DNA of 64,000 nucleotides from an uncultured Gemmatimonadales bacterium (GCA_963809895.1 CAWELD010000003.1:1280001-1344000), one strand, 5' to 3'. Counted from the stretch's first letter, positions 1 to 11,723 are shown. The notes: a model not told the origin generated them from the letters alone. Program-made: numbers and translations.

Positions 1-951
<951 letters not shown>

Positions 952-955
<4 letters not shown>

Positions 956-1476
956 GCCTCCTCCTCCGGCTCGTCCAGGGCCTCCAGATCCACCAGGACC
1001 TGATCCTTGTCCACGGCCTCGCCGGGCGCCACCAGGATCCGGACCACGCGCGCCTCCACCTCGGCCTTGAGCTCGTTCTCCATCTTCATGGCCTCGACGA
1101 TGACCAGCCCCTGGCCCGGCACCACCGTGTCGCCCACGGCGACTTCCAGCTTCACCACGAGCCCCGGCATGGGCGCCCGGATCGGCCGCGGCCCTGTGGG
1201 GCCCGCCAGGGCGCCCGCCATCTCCCGAATGGTGCGCGTGCGCTCGTCCACGACCTCGCTCTCCATGCGCACACCGTCGACGTGCAGGCTCCACCGGCCA
1301 GCGCCCTCTCGCCCCGCCACCACGCGATGTGACGACCGGTCCAGGATGAGGCCGTGGACCCCGGTGTTCCCCAGGGCCTCCAGCGAGGCGTCGGCCGGGA
1401 CGTCGTCGACCCGGAGGCCCTCGGGCTCGACGTCCACCGTGAAGGTCCGCTCTCGAATCGTCACATGGTAGCGCAT
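952..1476 (-). CDS. Biotin carboxyl carrier protein (BT-like N-terminus plus biotinyl domain) of an acyl-CoA carboxylase
   Basis: IRAPMPG...VEAMKMENE biotinylation motif; clustered with biotin carboxylase and carboxyltransferase. Confidence 0.93.
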
Positions 1477-1495
1477 GGCACCTCTGCGATGGGCT

Positions 1496-2785
1496 TCAAG
1501 CCGAGTGGTCCAGCGTCACGACGCTCTCCACGTGTGACGTCTGGGGAAAGAGATCGAAGCAGGCGAGGCGGCGAATCCGGTACCTCTCGCCCAGCCGCTC
1601 CAGGTCGCGGGCGAGCGTGGCAGGATCGCAGCTCACGTACACGAGCCGATCCACCGGCCGCGCGCGCAGGATCTCCGGCACGAGGGCGTCCAGGCCCGCC
1701 CGTGGCGGGTTCAGGATCATGCGGTCGGCAGGCAGCACGTCGGCCAACAGCTCCTCCACGGGACCCTGGAGCACCTGGAGCCCCGGCGGGGCCTCCTGGC
1801 GGGCGATCTCCACCGCCTGCTCATCCAGCTCCAGCGCCGTCACCCGAGCCCCGTGCCGCGCCAGACGGCGGCCGAAGAGGCTCACGCCGGCGTAGGCATC
1901 GATGACGTGCAGTCCCCGGGGATCGCCCAGCTCACCCAGCACCGAGCGGTGCACCGCTTCCGCCGCCTCCCGGTTCACCTGGAGGAAGGCCCCCGCCTGC
2001 ACCGGCACCGCTTCGCCGAACCAGGTGTCGTACGCCTCGTCGTTACCGGCCGACAGGCGCCAATCCCCGCCCGAGGGACGATGCCACACGGCCTGCAGCC
2101 CCGGGACCGCCTCCAGGAGCTGGTGAGCGGAACCGCCCTCACGGCCTCCCTCCACCGCCAGGACCGTTCCCCCCTCCACGGCCCGGAGCGTGAGTCGCAG
2201 CTCACCTCCACCGGGCAGGAGCCGGGCATCGGGCCCCCAGGCCTCCCGCAGGAGGCTCCAGGCCTCCCGCACGGAATCCTCGGGCAGGAGACAGCGCCCA
2301 TCCACGTCCAGCACGCGGCCCGGGTTCTCCCACTCGTGGAGCCCGGCCACCACGCGTCCACCCCGCAGCCGCCGGAGCGTGAAGGACATGCGGTTGCGAT
2401 AGCCGAACTCCCGGGCCGACGCCTCCACCGCAGGCCGGTCGGCCGTGCGGCGGCCGATGCGCCGCAACGCCTCCACGACGATCCGGGACTTGGCCTCGAG
2501 CTGGGCCCGGTAGCGGAGATGCTGAAGCTGGCATCCTCCGCAGGAGTCGTAGAGCGGACAGGGCGGGTCTCGGCGGTCGGGGCCCGCGACCTCCACCGAC
2601 TCCGGGCGGGCCCGCACCCATCGGCCTCCGTCCTTGATGACGCTCACGCGCACCCGATCGCCCGGCGCCGTGCGGGTCACGAAGGCCACGCGCCCATCGG
2701 GCAACCGCCCCACGCCGTCTCCGCCGGCTGCAATCCCCCGGATCTCGACGACCGCCTCGTCGCCCGCCCCCTGGGCACCCGTCAC
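1496..2785 (-). CDS. rlmD: 23S rRNA (uracil-5)-methyltransferase, RlmD/TrmA family
   Basis: N-terminal TRAM domain, CPLYDSCGGC Fe-S motif, AFLQVN, NPPRAG, YVSCDPATLARD, PQTSHVE. Start reassigned to GTG 2785 (GAGG upstream). Confidence 0.88.
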   Translation of the reverse strand: MTGAQGAGDEAVVEIRGIAAGGDGVGRLPDGRVAFVTRTAPGDRVRVSVIKDGGRWVRARPESVEVAGPDRRDPPCPLYDSCGGCQLQHLRYRAQLEAKSRIVVEALRRIGRRTADRPAVEASAREFGYRNRMSFTLRRLRGGRVVAGLHEWENPGRVLDVDGRCLLPEDSVREAWSLLREAWGPDARLLPGGGELRLTLRAVEGGTVLAVEGGREGGSAHQLLEAVPGLQAVWHRPSGGDWRLSAGNDEAYDTWFGEAVPVQAGAFLQVNREAAEAVHRSVLGELGDPRGLHVIDAYAGVSLFGRRLARHGARVTALELDEQAVEIARQEAPPGLQVLQGPVEELLADVLPADRMILNPPRAGLDALVPEILRARPVDRLVYVSCDPATLARDLERLGERYRIRRLACFDLFPQTSHVESVVTLDHSA

Positions 2786-2792
2786 CGGCGCC

Positions 2793-4298
2793 TCACCGGG
2801 TCCGATTCCAGGGCCACCCCGCCGTCCGCCACGCCGACAGCTCGCGTGCGGCACCACCGGCGATCCGGGGCGTGCGGTGGCGGCGACGATCGTCCTCCTC
2901 CAGCAGCGCGGCGGCCACGGCTGCTGCCCGCATCAGCCCCTCGTCGGGCTCGCCGGAGAGCACATCCGGATGCTCGTCGAGGAAACGGATCGAGAGGCGC
3001 CCGGCGCGGAAGTCCCCGTCACGGATCAGACGGCGATGAAACCCGGTGCAGGTGTCCAGGCCGGTGATCACCAATTCGTCCAGCGCGCGCTCCAGGCGGC
3101 GGAGCGCGGCTTCCCGATCGGCGCCGTAGACGATGAGCTTGCCCAGGAGCGGGTCGTAGTGGAGCCCGATCTCCTGACCCTCGGCGATGCCCCCGTCCCA
3201 ACGCACGCCGGACCCGCCGGGCACCTCCAGGCGCCCCACCGTACCCGTGGAGGGGAGGAACCCCCGATCGGGATCCTCGGAGGTGATGCGGCATTCCACC
3301 GCGTGGCCGTCGAGGGTCACGTCGTCCTGCGTGAACGGAAGCGGCTCTCCCCACGCCACGCGGAGCTGCCACTCCACAAGGTCCAGGCCCGTGACCAGCT
3401 CGGTGACGGGATGCTCGACCTGTAGCCGGGTGTTCATCTCCAGGAAGTAGAACGACCCGTCCTCCCACAGGAACTCCACGGTGCCGGCGCCCCGATAGGA
3501 CACGGCTTCGGCAGCCATGACCGCGGCGGACCCCATGACCTGGCGCTGCTCGGGCGTGAGCACGGCCGAGGGCGCCTCCTCGAGAAGCTTCTGGTGGCGC
3601 CGCTGCACGCTGCACTCCCGCTCGCCCAGATGCAGCACCCTGCCGTGGGCGTCGCCCAGGACCTGGATCTCGATGTGGCGCGGACGGGCCAGATAGCGCT
3701 CCAGGTAGACGGATCCGTCCCCGAACGCGGCCTGGGCCTCACGGGCCGCCGCCTCGAAGCTGCGCGCCAGATCCTCGGGTCGCTCCACCACGCGCATGCC
3801 CTTGCCGCCGCCGCCGGCCGCGGCCTTGAGCAGCACCGGATAGCCCATCTCCTCCGCCGCGGCACGCGCCTCTTCGGGGTCCTCCAGGGGATCCACGAGA
3901 CCCGGCACGATGGGCACACCGGCGGCCTGCATGCGCCGACGTGCCTCCGTCTTGTCGCCCATGGCTTCGATGGTCTCGGGCGTGGGGCCGATGAAGACCA
4001 GCCCCGCATCCTCCACCGCCCGTGCGAAGTGGGCGCGCTCGGCCAGAAAGCCGTAGCCCGGATGCACGGCCTCGGCACCCGTCTCGCGGGCGGCGTCCAG
4101 AAGGCGATCCACCCGCAGGTAGCTCTCGGCCGAAGGCGCCGGCCCCAGCAGGACCGCCTCGTCGGCCATGAGCGTGTGGGGAGCGAGCCGGTCCACCTCC
4201 GAATAGACGGCGACGGTGCGGATGCCCAGCTCCCGGCACGCGCGGATGATGCGGACGGCGATCTCGCCGCGATTGGCGATCAGGATCTTCGAGAACAT
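2793..4298 (-). CDS. accC: Biotin carboxylase subunit (acetyl/propionyl-CoA carboxylase)
   Basis: MFSKILIANRGEIA, HPGYGFLAE, GGGGKGMR, ERECSVQRRHQK, EMNTRLQVEH. Start reassigned to ATG 4298. Confidence 0.95.
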   Translation of the reverse strand: MFSKILIANRGEIAVRIIRACRELGIRTVAVYSEVDRLAPHTLMADEAVLLGPAPSAESYLRVDRLLDAARETGAEAVHPGYGFLAERAHFARAVEDAGLVFIGPTPETIEAMGDKTEARRRMQAAGVPIVPGLVDPLEDPEEARAAAEEMGYPVLLKAAAGGGGKGMRVVERPEDLARSFEAAAREAQAAFGDGSVYLERYLARPRHIEIQVLGDAHGRVLHLGERECSVQRRHQKLLEEAPSAVLTPEQRQVMGSAAVMAAEAVSYRGAGTVEFLWEDGSFYFLEMNTRLQVEHPVTELVTGLDLVEWQLRVAWGEPLPFTQDDVTLDGHAVECRITSEDPDRGFLPSTGTVGRLEVPGGSGVRWDGGIAEGQEIGLHYDPLLGKLIVYGADREAALRRLERALDELVITGLDTCTGFHRRLIRDGDFRAGRLSIRFLDEHPDVLSGEPDEGLMRAAAVAAALLEEDDRRRHRTPRIAGGAARELSAWRTAGWPWNRTR

Positions 4299-4385
4299 GG
4301 GCTCCGGGGCTCGGGGAGAGGCGAAATGTGGCCCCTCCGCCGCCGGAGTGTAAAGCGGTCGCGTGAACGGCGCGGCCCAACGAAC

Positions 4386-4418
4386 GAGGGGGCGGGCCCC
4401 GTCAGGACCCACCCCCTC
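4386..4418 (-). terminator. GC-rich hairpin downstream of the PDZ gene, probable intrinsic terminator
   Basis: Minus-strand RNA GAGGGGGUGGGUCC-UGACG-GGGCCCGCCCCCUC followed by GUUCGUU. Confidence 0.55.
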
Positions 4419-4439
4419 GGGCGCCGCCCGGCGTGGGGC

Positions 4440-5546
4440 TCAGGGCCGCCGGCCCAGAACCTCCTGTTCGCTCCCCTTGCGCCGCACCCGCAGTCGAATG
4501 TCCTCGTCGGCGGTGTATGAGGCCAGGATGCGCCGCACGTCCTCGACGTCGCTCACCGCCCGACCTCCGATGGCCAGCAGCACGTCGCCGGCGCGAAGTC
4601 CCAGTGGAGAATCCTCGGCGACCCGCGTGACCAGCACGCCCTCGTCGGTGCCGAAGTACTCACCCAGCTCCGGGTTGAGCTCCACCAGCTCGGCGCCGTC
4701 GACGCAACCGTCTCCACCCAGCACCCACACCCGGTGGTCCCCGTCCCGCAGCTGTGCGCACGGATCCTGACCGATGGTCCCGAAAAAGGACCTCTCGGAC
4801 CGCGGGAGGGAGTCGGTGAAAAAGTGCACCTCCCCGCCACGGCCGGGTGTCTCGAAGCGATAGATGCCCTGGCGACCCTCGCCGAGCCGCTCCAGCATGT
4901 CACGGCTGCGGCCGCGCAGCTCGTCCAGGTTCAGGCGCCACTCGGGGCTCTCCAGGAGCAATCCCCCCCCTTCCGGCGACCGCAGACCGAAGAACGCGAT
5001 CCCGCCGGCGGCTTCCGGGGTCACCTGCAGCGTGCGCCGCCCCCCGTCGCGAATCACCTCGATATCCGCAGGCTCGTCGGGCTTCAGCGCGCCGACCATG
5101 GAGATGAAGCGCTGGACCGGCAGGGGCTGGCTGTCGTCGAGGTCCTCCTCGGCGGCTTCGTCGTCGAGGGGCTCCAGCACGCTGTGGCCGTCCACGCTGA
5201 CCACCAGGTCGCCCGTGCGCATGCCGGCCTCGTCTGCCGGACCCCCTTCCTGCACCTGGCCGATACGCACCCCGTCGCCATCACTCTCGCGCTGGTAGTC
5301 GATCCAGACACCGATCTGCGAGCGGCGCTCCATGGTGAACCCACTGGCGATCTCGGGAAACGCACGGGGCTCGACGGTGCGCAGACAGTGGCAGTTCTCG
5401 ATTTCCTTGCCATCCCGGTCCACGCACCGGCAACTGCGGTCCTCCCTGTCCTGTGCCCCCAGAGGCCCGGCCAGAAGCAGGGCGAGGGCACCCACGGCCA
5501 ATCTCGGCCACACGCGGCTGAGTCGGCGCTCCACACGATCCGTCAT
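4440..5546 (-). CDS. Exported protein with two PDZ domains and no protease domain
   Basis: Signal peptide (LAVGALALLLAGPLGA-Q); PDZ motifs GVRIGQVQEGGPADEAGMRTGDLVVSVDG and GVLVTRVAEDSPLGLRAGDVLLAIGG. Start ATG 5546. Confidence 0.8.
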   Translation of the reverse strand: MTDRVERRLSRVWPRLAVGALALLLAGPLGAQDREDRSCRCVDRDGKEIENCHCLRTVEPRAFPEIASGFTMERRSQIGVWIDYQRESDGDGVRIGQVQEGGPADEAGMRTGDLVVSVDGHSVLEPLDDEAAEEDLDDSQPLPVQRFISMVGALKPDEPADIEVIRDGGRRTLQVTPEAAGGIAFFGLRSPEGGGLLLESPEWRLNLDELRGRSRDMLERLGEGRQGIYRFETPGRGGEVHFFTDSLPRSERSFFGTIGQDPCAQLRDGDHRVWVLGGDGCVDGAELVELNPELGEYFGTDEGVLVTRVAEDSPLGLRAGDVLLAIGGRAVSDVEDVRRILASYTADEDIRLRVRRKGSEQEVLGRRP

Positions 5547-5621
5547 GATCCCACCTGTCGCTCGAAGAATCCGCGGGGGCACCTGCCCCCGGGCGGTCAC
5601 GTCCGCCTCCACTGCCCTTGG

Positions 5622-5648
5622 GATGCGGATCCGGGGGTGGCGGGTTGC
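5622..5648 (-). promoter_or_regulatory. Candidate ECF sigma promoter for the PDZ gene
   Basis: GCAAC-N16-CGCATC on the minus strand; same geometry as the motif at 59518-59544. Confidence 0.45.
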
Positions 5649-5670
5649 CGCGTGGAGCGTCCCGCGGCGG

Positions 5671-7221
5671 TCACAGCGGGATGTTGCCGTGCTTCTTCAG
5701 GGGATTCCTGTCGCGCTTGTCACGGAGCATGTCCAGCGCCGAGATGAGGCGGGGACGGGTCTCGCGGGGATCGATGACGTCGTCGACGAAGCCGCGTCCT
5801 GCCGCTACGTAGGGATGCGCCAGGGCCTCGCGATACTCCTCGATCCGGGCCTCGGTGGCCGCCTCGGGGTCGTCGGCTTCGGCAAGCTCCTTCCGGAACA
5901 GGATCTCCACCGCGCCCTTGGGGCCCATGACCGCGATCTCGGCGGTGGGCCAGGCCAGGTTCAGGTCTCCCCGGATGTGCTTGGAGTTCATGACGTCGTA
6001 CGCGCCGCCGTACGCCTTTCGCGTGATGACCGTCACCTTCGGCACCGTGGCCTCGCTGAAGGCGTAGAGGAGCTTGGCTCCGTGGCGGATGATGCCCCCG
6101 TGCTCCTGGTTCACCCCCGGCAGGAAGCCCGGAACGTCTTCCAGCACCACCAGCGGGATGTTGAAGGCGTCGCAGAAGCGGACGAAGCGCGCCCCCTTGT
6201 CCGAGGAATCGATGTCCAGCACCCCGGCCAGGACCGCGGGCTGGTTGGCCACGATGCCCACGCTGTGGCCTCCGAGATGCGCGAATCCCACCAGGATGTT
6301 GGCCGCGAAGTCGGGCTGCACCTCGTAGAAGACTCCGTCGTCGACGAGCGCCTTGATGACATCGTGCATGTCATAGGGCTTGTTGGGGTTGTCCGGGATG
6401 ATGTCGAGCAACTTCTCATCCTGGCGATCGTGGGGATCACCCCCCTCCCGGTCCGGCGCCCGCTCGCTGTTGTTCTGGGGAATGTAGTGCAGCAATTCCC
6501 GCACGGCGGCCAGCGATTCGGGCTCCGAGTCGTGGGCGAAATGGGCGACTCCGCTCTTCGAGGCGTGCACGTCGGCGCCCCCCAGACCCTCCATGTCGAT
6601 GTCCTCGTGCGTAACGGTCTTCACCACGTTCGGTCCGGTGACGAACATGTAGCTCGTGCCCCGAACCATGAAGACGAAGTCGGTGATGGCCGGCGAATAC
6701 ACGGCGCCACCGGCGCACGGCCCCAGGATCACGCTGATCTGGGGGATCACGCCCGAGGCCAGCGTGTTGCGCAGGAAGATGTCGGCGTATCCACCCAGCG
6801 ACACCACGCCCTCCTGGATGCGCGCGCCGCCGGAGTCGTTGAGCCCGATGAGCGGCGCCCCGTTGCGGAGCGCCATCTCCTGGAGCTTGACGATCTTCTC
6901 GGCGTGCGTCTCGGAGAGGGATCCCCCGAACACCGTGAAATCCTGGCTGAAGACGTAGACCAGACGGCCGTGGATGGTGCCGTATCCGGTGACGACGCCG
7001 TCGCCCAGGATCCTGCGGTCGGCCAGTCCGAAATCGGTGGAGCGATGCGTGACGAAGCGATCCAGCTCCACGAAGGATCCCTCGTCCAACAAGAGGTCGA
7101 GGCGCTCGCGGGCCGACAGCTTGCCCCGCTCGTGCTGGGCCTTCAGCCGAGCCTCGCCACCGCCCAACTCGGCCTCGCGGCGAAGCTGCTCCAGACGGGC
7201 GAGCCGATCCCTCATGGTCAT
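5671..7221 (-). CDS. pccB: Acyl-CoA carboxylase carboxyltransferase (propionyl-CoA carboxylase beta chain)
   Basis: [64 protein letters not shown]. Start ATG 7221. Confidence 0.93.
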   Translation of the reverse strand: MTMRDRLARLEQLRREAELGGGEARLKAQHERGKLSARERLDLLLDEGSFVELDRFVTHRSTDFGLADRRILGDGVVTGYGTIHGRLVYVFSQDFTVFGGSLSETHAEKIVKLQEMALRNGAPLIGLNDSGGARIQEGVVSLGGYADIFLRNTLASGVIPQISVILGPCAGGAVYSPAITDFVFMVRGTSYMFVTGPNVVKTVTHEDIDMEGLGGADVHASKSGVAHFAHDSEPESLAAVRELLHYIPQNNSERAPDREGGDPHDRQDEKLLDIIPDNPNKPYDMHDVIKALVDDGVFYEVQPDFAANILVGFAHLGGHSVGIVANQPAVLAGVLDIDSSDKGARFVRFCDAFNIPLVVLEDVPGFLPGVNQEHGGIIRHGAKLLYAFSEATVPKVTVITRKAYGGAYDVMNSKHIRGDLNLAWPTAEIAVMGPKGAVEILFRKELAEADDPEAATEARIEEYREALAHPYVAAGRGFVDDVIDPRETRPRLISALDMLRDKRDRNPLKKHGNIPL

Positions 7222-7277
7222 GCCTAACTCTCCGGTCCTGCGGGTACGGTGATGTGGATCGCGAGCGCGTGGGGCGG

Positions 7278-9212
7278 CTAGTGCCCTCCGCCCACGGAGT
7301 CCGCCCGGATTCCGGGGCAGCTGAAGCCCGCGCGTCGGCCCGGTCCCTCCGGCACGCTGTCCGTCTCGGGATCCGGTGGATAGGGGCGGTAGACGGGCTG
7401 CGGACGTGCGCCCGGAGCCATGGGGAGGAGCTCGCCACCCCAGAGACAGACGACCTGTTGCTCCCGGACGACCTTTCCATCGACGATGGACAGCGAGCCC
7501 GTCGCTCCCTGGAATCCCTGGATGTCCTCCAGGGCCCGGCCCAGTGCCGCCGGGGTGCGCGCCCCGGATCGCAGCGCCAGCAGGAGCAGCGAGGCCGCGT
7601 CGTAGCCCAGAGCGGTCACGGTGGGGTCCACCAGGCTCCGCTGGAAGTGGGATTCGTACGCATCCACGAAACGGCGGTAGCCCGGGGATTCCTCGCCCGG
7701 CAACTGGGGCGTGGCGACCACCACGCCATCCAGATGTCTGCGGCTCACGTCGCGGCGAACGTCGTCGTCCGTCCACCCCGCGGTCCCCAGGATCTGCACA
7801 CCCAGCGTGTCGAGGCCGAAGAAGCTCACCTGCGACGCCAGTGCCGCCACGTCCTCGGGCGGAACCGGAAGGACGAGGGCCTCGGGCTTGAGCCCCTGCA
7901 CGATCTCGATCTGCTGGCGGAAGAAGGTGGCGCCGGGCTCGTAGCTCAGGTCGCGCAGCACCGATCCACCCAGGGTCTGAAAGCGATCCGCGAACACCCG
8001 CGCTTCCTGTGTCGAATTGCCCCGTGAAGCATGGAGGAGGACCACCTGCCGGATACCGGCCCCGGCGGCCCAGGAGGCCAGCGCCTGGGCCGCGCCCGGG
8101 TCCAGCGCCGCCAGGGAATAGACGCTGCCCGCCCCCGCCGGGGTTTCGTAGGCCGTGGGTGAGATCACGGGCAAGCCGTCGCGCCGCGCGGAGGCGGCCG
8201 CCGCCAGGGCGTCGTCCTGCAACGGCCCGACCAGGGCCACCACTCCCTGTCCCTGCGCCGAGGCCACCAGGGCGCCGGAGGTCCCCGGGTCGCCTCCGTT
8301 GTCCAGTACGGTGAGCTCCACCGTCTCCTCCACGGCGGCGGCGGTCACCGCGGCCTCGATGCCGTCGCGGATCTTCTCGGCGAAGTCCCGCATGGCCGGC
8401 GAGCCGGTCAGCGGAAGAAGCGCCCCCAATCGCGCCGGAGCGCTCTCCGCGCCGACGATGCGCCCCTCGAGCACCGCGCGAGCCGTTTCGGCGTCCTCGC
8501 CGGCGGCGCCCGCATCGAGGGCCGCCTGGGCGAAGCTGCGGGCCGTGGCCGCGTCACCAGCGAGCAGCAGACCGCGCGCATACGCCGTCATGACCGGCGC
8601 CGCCAGAGGCTGGCCCAGCGGCGTCGCCTGAAGAACCTCGCCCAGGGTGTCCCGGGGCAGCGTGTCGGACAGCTCTCGGACCACGCCCAGAGCCTCGTCG
8701 AGAACCGACGGCGCGGCATCGGGGCTCAGCGACAGGAGCCGCTCCAGCGCCTCTCGCGAGCGGCCCTGGCCACGCAAGGCGCGACCTTCCACCAACGTCA
8801 TGCGGGCGACCCGGGCGTCTCCCGGTGGCAGGAGCAGACGGAGCCGCGTAGCCGCCTCGGCGGCGACGTCCCAATCCCCCAGCGCCGCCGAGGCCCGGGC
8901 CACCAGCGCCAGGGCGTCACCCGACACCGCCGACTGCGGGTAGTCGTCCACCACCTCCTGGGCGAGGGTGCGGGCCTCCCGAGCCCGCCCCGCCTGAAAC
9001 GCCTCGTCGGCCGCCGTCGTCAGCTCCCCGGCGCGCGCCTGGGCGTCCCGAGAGATCTGTCCCCGCTCCAGGACCACCGGCGGCGGGCCTTCGGTCTCTC
9101 CCGCCCTCTCCGGCGATCCCACGGACGTGCACGCCGCCCAGACGCCGGCCGCCAGGACCACAGCGGTGGTCTGGAGGAGCGCCCGCTTGGGGAGGATTCT
9201 CGAGATCAGCAT
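7278..9212 (-). CDS. LpoA/LppC-like lipoprotein (helical TPR-like N-terminus plus type I periplasmic-binding-protein domain)
   Basis: Lipobox-like [33 protein letters not shown] motifs. Start reassigned to ATG 9212; the upstream K/R-rich part of the track ORF is an alternative frame of the rpsA repeat. Confidence 0.75.
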   Translation of the reverse strand: MLISRILPKRALLQTTAVVLAAGVWAACTSVGSPERAGETEGPPPVVLERGQISRDAQARAGELTTAADEAFQAGRAREARTLAQEVVDDYPQSAVSGDALALVARASAALGDWDVAAEAATRLRLLLPPGDARVARMTLVEGRALRGQGRSREALERLLSLSPDAAPSVLDEALGVVRELSDTLPRDTLGEVLQATPLGQPLAAPVMTAYARGLLLAGDAATARSFAQAALDAGAAGEDAETARAVLEGRIVGAESAPARLGALLPLTGSPAMRDFAEKIRDGIEAAVTAAAVEETVELTVLDNGGDPGTSGALVASAQGQGVVALVGPLQDDALAAAASARRDGLPVISPTAYETPAGAGSVYSLAALDPGAAQALASWAAGAGIRQVVLLHASRGNSTQEARVFADRFQTLGGSVLRDLSYEPGATFFRQQIEIVQGLKPEALVLPVPPEDVAALASQVSFFGLDTLGVQILGTAGWTDDDVRRDVSRRHLDGVVVATPQLPGEESPGYRRFVDAYESHFQRSLVDPTVTALGYDAASLLLLALRSGARTPAALGRALEDIQGFQGATGSLSIVDGKVVREQQVVCLWGGELLPMAPGARPQPVYRPYPPDPETDSVPEGPGRRAGFSCPGIRADSVGGGH

Positions 9213-9327
9213 GGTGGACTCAAGGTATACGGACGATCGCCCGGACGCGGAATCCGCGCCCGGGCGACGTTCGGAACGGCCGGCGGCCCGGCTCGGACGA
9301 GCTCCCGCCGGGGGAGACGACGACGGG

Positions 9328-11580
9328 TCACGCCTTCGGCTCGGCCTCCACTTCTTCCTCGTCCTCGGCCTCGGCCGCCTCTTCTTCCTCGGCCTCGGCT
9401 GTCTCTTCTTCCTCGGCCTCGGCCGTCTCTTCTTCCTCGGCTTCGGCCGTCTCTTCTTCCTCGGCTTCGGCCGTCTCTTCTTCCTCGGCTTCGGCCGTCT
9501 CTTCTTCCTCGGCTTCGGCCGTCTCTTCTTCCTCGGCTTCGGCCGTCTCTTCTTCCTCGGCTTCGGCCGTCTCGTCTTCCTCGGCTTCAGCCGTCTCTTC
9601 TTCCTCGGCTTCGGCCGTCTCTTCTTCCTCGGCTTCGGCCGTCTCTTCTTCCTCGGCTTCAGCCGTCTCTTCTTCCTCGGCCTCCGCCTCGGCGGTCTCG
9701 TCCGCCTCGGCTTCCTCGACCTCGCCGGCCTCCTCGTCGGCCGGGGCGGCCTCACGCTTGGGCAACCGCTCCGGCGCTTCCGTCACTTCCAGCACGATGC
9801 GACGGTTGGCGGCGTCCGACTCCAGGACCCGGAGCGGCACCGGCACGCCGGCGTCGTAGAACTCCTCGAGCCGGTTCGCGTCTTCGATCCCGGAATGGGA
9901 CGCCGGCACGAAGCCCTCGATGTCGTCGCCGAGGTCCACGACCACGCCCTTGTCCTGCACGCGGACCACCTTGCCGTCCACCTCGACACCGGGAGCGAAG
10001 CGCTCCGAGATGCCGGGCCATGGATCGTCCTGAAGCTGCTTGAGCCCCAGGCTGATCCGCTTGTTCTCGGCATCCACGTCCAGCACCATGACCTCCACTT
10101 CTTCGCCCTTCTGGACGATCTCGGAGGGGTGCTCCACACGCTTGGTCCACGACATGTCGGAGACGTGCACCAGGCCGTCGATGCCGGGCTCGATCTCCAC
10201 GAACGCGCCGAACGACGTCAGGTTGCGGACGGTGCCGGAGAGAACGGTGCCCGTGGGATACTTGAGCGGGAGGGCCAGCCAGGGGTCCTCCTCGATCTGC
10301 TTCATGCCCAGCGAGATCTTCTCGTCGTCCGGATCCACCTTCAGGACCACCGCTTCGATCTCATCGCCGATGGAGACGAGCTTCGACGGATGGCGGATGT
10401 TGCGGGTCCAGCTCATCTCGGAGATGTGGACCAGCCCTTCGACCCCCTTCTCCAGCTCGACGAAGGCGCCGTAGTTGGTGATGGACACGACCTTGCCCTT
10501 CACGCGCGAGCCCACCGGATACTTCTTGTCGATGTCCGTCCACGGATAGGGCAGGAGCTGCTTCAGCCCCAGGCTGATGCGCTCGCGGTCCCAATCGATG
10601 TCCAGAACCTTGATGTCCAGCTCCGCGCCGATATCCACCACTTCGGACGGGTGTCCGACGCGACCCCAGGACATGTCGGTGATGTGGAGCAGGCCGTCGA
10701 GCCCGCCCAGATCGATGAAGGCGCCGAAGTCCGTGATGTTCTTCACCACGCCTTCGCGCACCTGGCCGACAAGCAGTTCCTTGACCAGCGTCTTGCGCTT
10801 CTTCTCGCGGTCCGCCTCCAGGATCACCCGGCGCGATACCACGATGTTGCGACGCCGCTTGTTGAGCTTGATGATCTTGAAGTTGTAGGTCTCGCCGATC
10901 AGGTCCTCGATGTTCGGGACCCGGCGGAGTGCGATCTGGGAGCCCGGCAGGAAGGCGTCGACACCCATGATGTCGACGGTGACACCACCCTTGATCTTGC
11001 GAACCAGGGTCCCCTTGACGGGCCGGTCGGCCTCGTGGGCTTCCTTGATCTTCTCCCACACCCGCAGGAAGTCGGCCTTCTTCTTGGACAGGACGACGAT
11101 GCCGTCCTCGTCCTCGAGGTGCTCGAGGAGAACCTCGATCTCGTCGCCCTCGGAGGGCGCTTCCTTGAACTCGTCGAGGGCGACCGAGCCCTCGCTCTTG
11201 AAGCCGAACTCGAGAATGACCGCGGTGTCGGTGACCTTGAGCACCGTGGCGTTGACGATCTCGCCTTCGCGGATGTCCTGGAAGTCTTCGGAGTGCTCGC
11301 CGAGAAGCGCCTCGAACTCCTCGCGGGAGATGTCGAGCTGCTCCTCGCCGTAGGGGTCCATGTGGAGCTCGGGCGAGGTGCCCACCCGGGGCGGCTCCGC
11401 ATCGATGGCGACGGCCACGCCGCCGGGCTCTTCCTCTGCTTCCGCACCACCTTCCCTGACCTCACCGGTCATGGCGTCGATGATGACGCTCTCCTCCTCA
11501 GCCAACTCCTCGGCGGAGAAGCCTTCGTCGTTCTCGGTGGCGGGTTTGGGGTCCTGGTTCTGGTCCGTGGGGTCGCTCAT
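9328..11580 (-). CDS. rpsA: 30S ribosomal protein S1 with acidic N- and C-terminal extensions (750 aa)
   Basis: Repeated S1 domains (AFLPGSQ, FGAFIDLGGLDGLLHITDMSW, GVEGLVHISEMSW, GIDGLVHVSDMSW); follows cmk. Confidence 0.97.
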   Translation of the reverse strand: MSDPTDQNQDPKPATENDEGFSAEELAEEESVIIDAMTGEVREGGAEAEEEPGGVAVAIDAEPPRVGTSPELHMDPYGEEQLDISREEFEALLGEHSEDFQDIREGEIVNATVLKVTDTAVILEFGFKSEGSVALDEFKEAPSEGDEIEVLLEHLEDEDGIVVLSKKKADFLRVWEKIKEAHEADRPVKGTLVRKIKGGVTVDIMGVDAFLPGSQIALRRVPNIEDLIGETYNFKIIKLNKRRRNIVVSRRVILEADREKKRKTLVKELLVGQVREGVVKNITDFGAFIDLGGLDGLLHITDMSWGRVGHPSEVVDIGAELDIKVLDIDWDRERISLGLKQLLPYPWTDIDKKYPVGSRVKGKVVSITNYGAFVELEKGVEGLVHISEMSWTRNIRHPSKLVSIGDEIEAVVLKVDPDDEKISLGMKQIEEDPWLALPLKYPTGTVLSGTVRNLTSFGAFVEIEPGIDGLVHVSDMSWTKRVEHPSEIVQKGEEVEVMVLDVDAENKRISLGLKQLQDDPWPGISERFAPGVEVDGKVVRVQDKGVVVDLGDDIEGFVPASHSGIEDANRLEEFYDAGVPVPLRVLESDAANRRIVLEVTEAPERLPKREAAPADEEAGEVEEAEADETAEAEAEEEETAEAEEEETAEAEEEETAEAEEEETAEAEEDETAEAEEEETAEAEEEETAEAEEEETAEAEEEETAEAEEEETAEAEEEETAEAEEEETAEAEEEEAAEAEDEEEVEAEPKA
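9363..9684. repeat. Coding 24-bp tandem repeat, about 13 copies, encoding (TAEAEEEE)n in S1
   Basis: Unit ctcttcttcctcggcttcggccgt repeated with few substitutions. Confidence 0.95.
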
Positions 11581-11723
11581 GCTCTCTCTCGCCCCCCGAG
11601 AGGGGGCCGGTTCGGCCGGTCCGGATACGACGTCGACGATGGACCGGGTTGAAATGAAGAAATCCCCGGTGTGCCGGGGAACGAAAACCCCCGGCTGGTT
11701 TCCGCCGGGGGTACAGCAGGGGA

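Noticed and set aside
9363..9684. Possible CRISPR array
   Set aside because: Units are contiguous with no unique spacers, lie in frame within rpsA, and no cas genes are present.
9213..9755. K/R-rich histone-like N-terminus (PRKKRRPK repeats) of the 825-aa track ORF
   Set aside because: It is an alternative reading frame of the rpsA acidic repeat; the lipoprotein signal peptide begins at ATG 9212.
9127..11652. 841-aa plus-strand ORF with hydrophobic GRLFFLGF repeats
   Set aside because: Antisense shadow of rpsA; long stop-free antisense frames are expected at this GC content.
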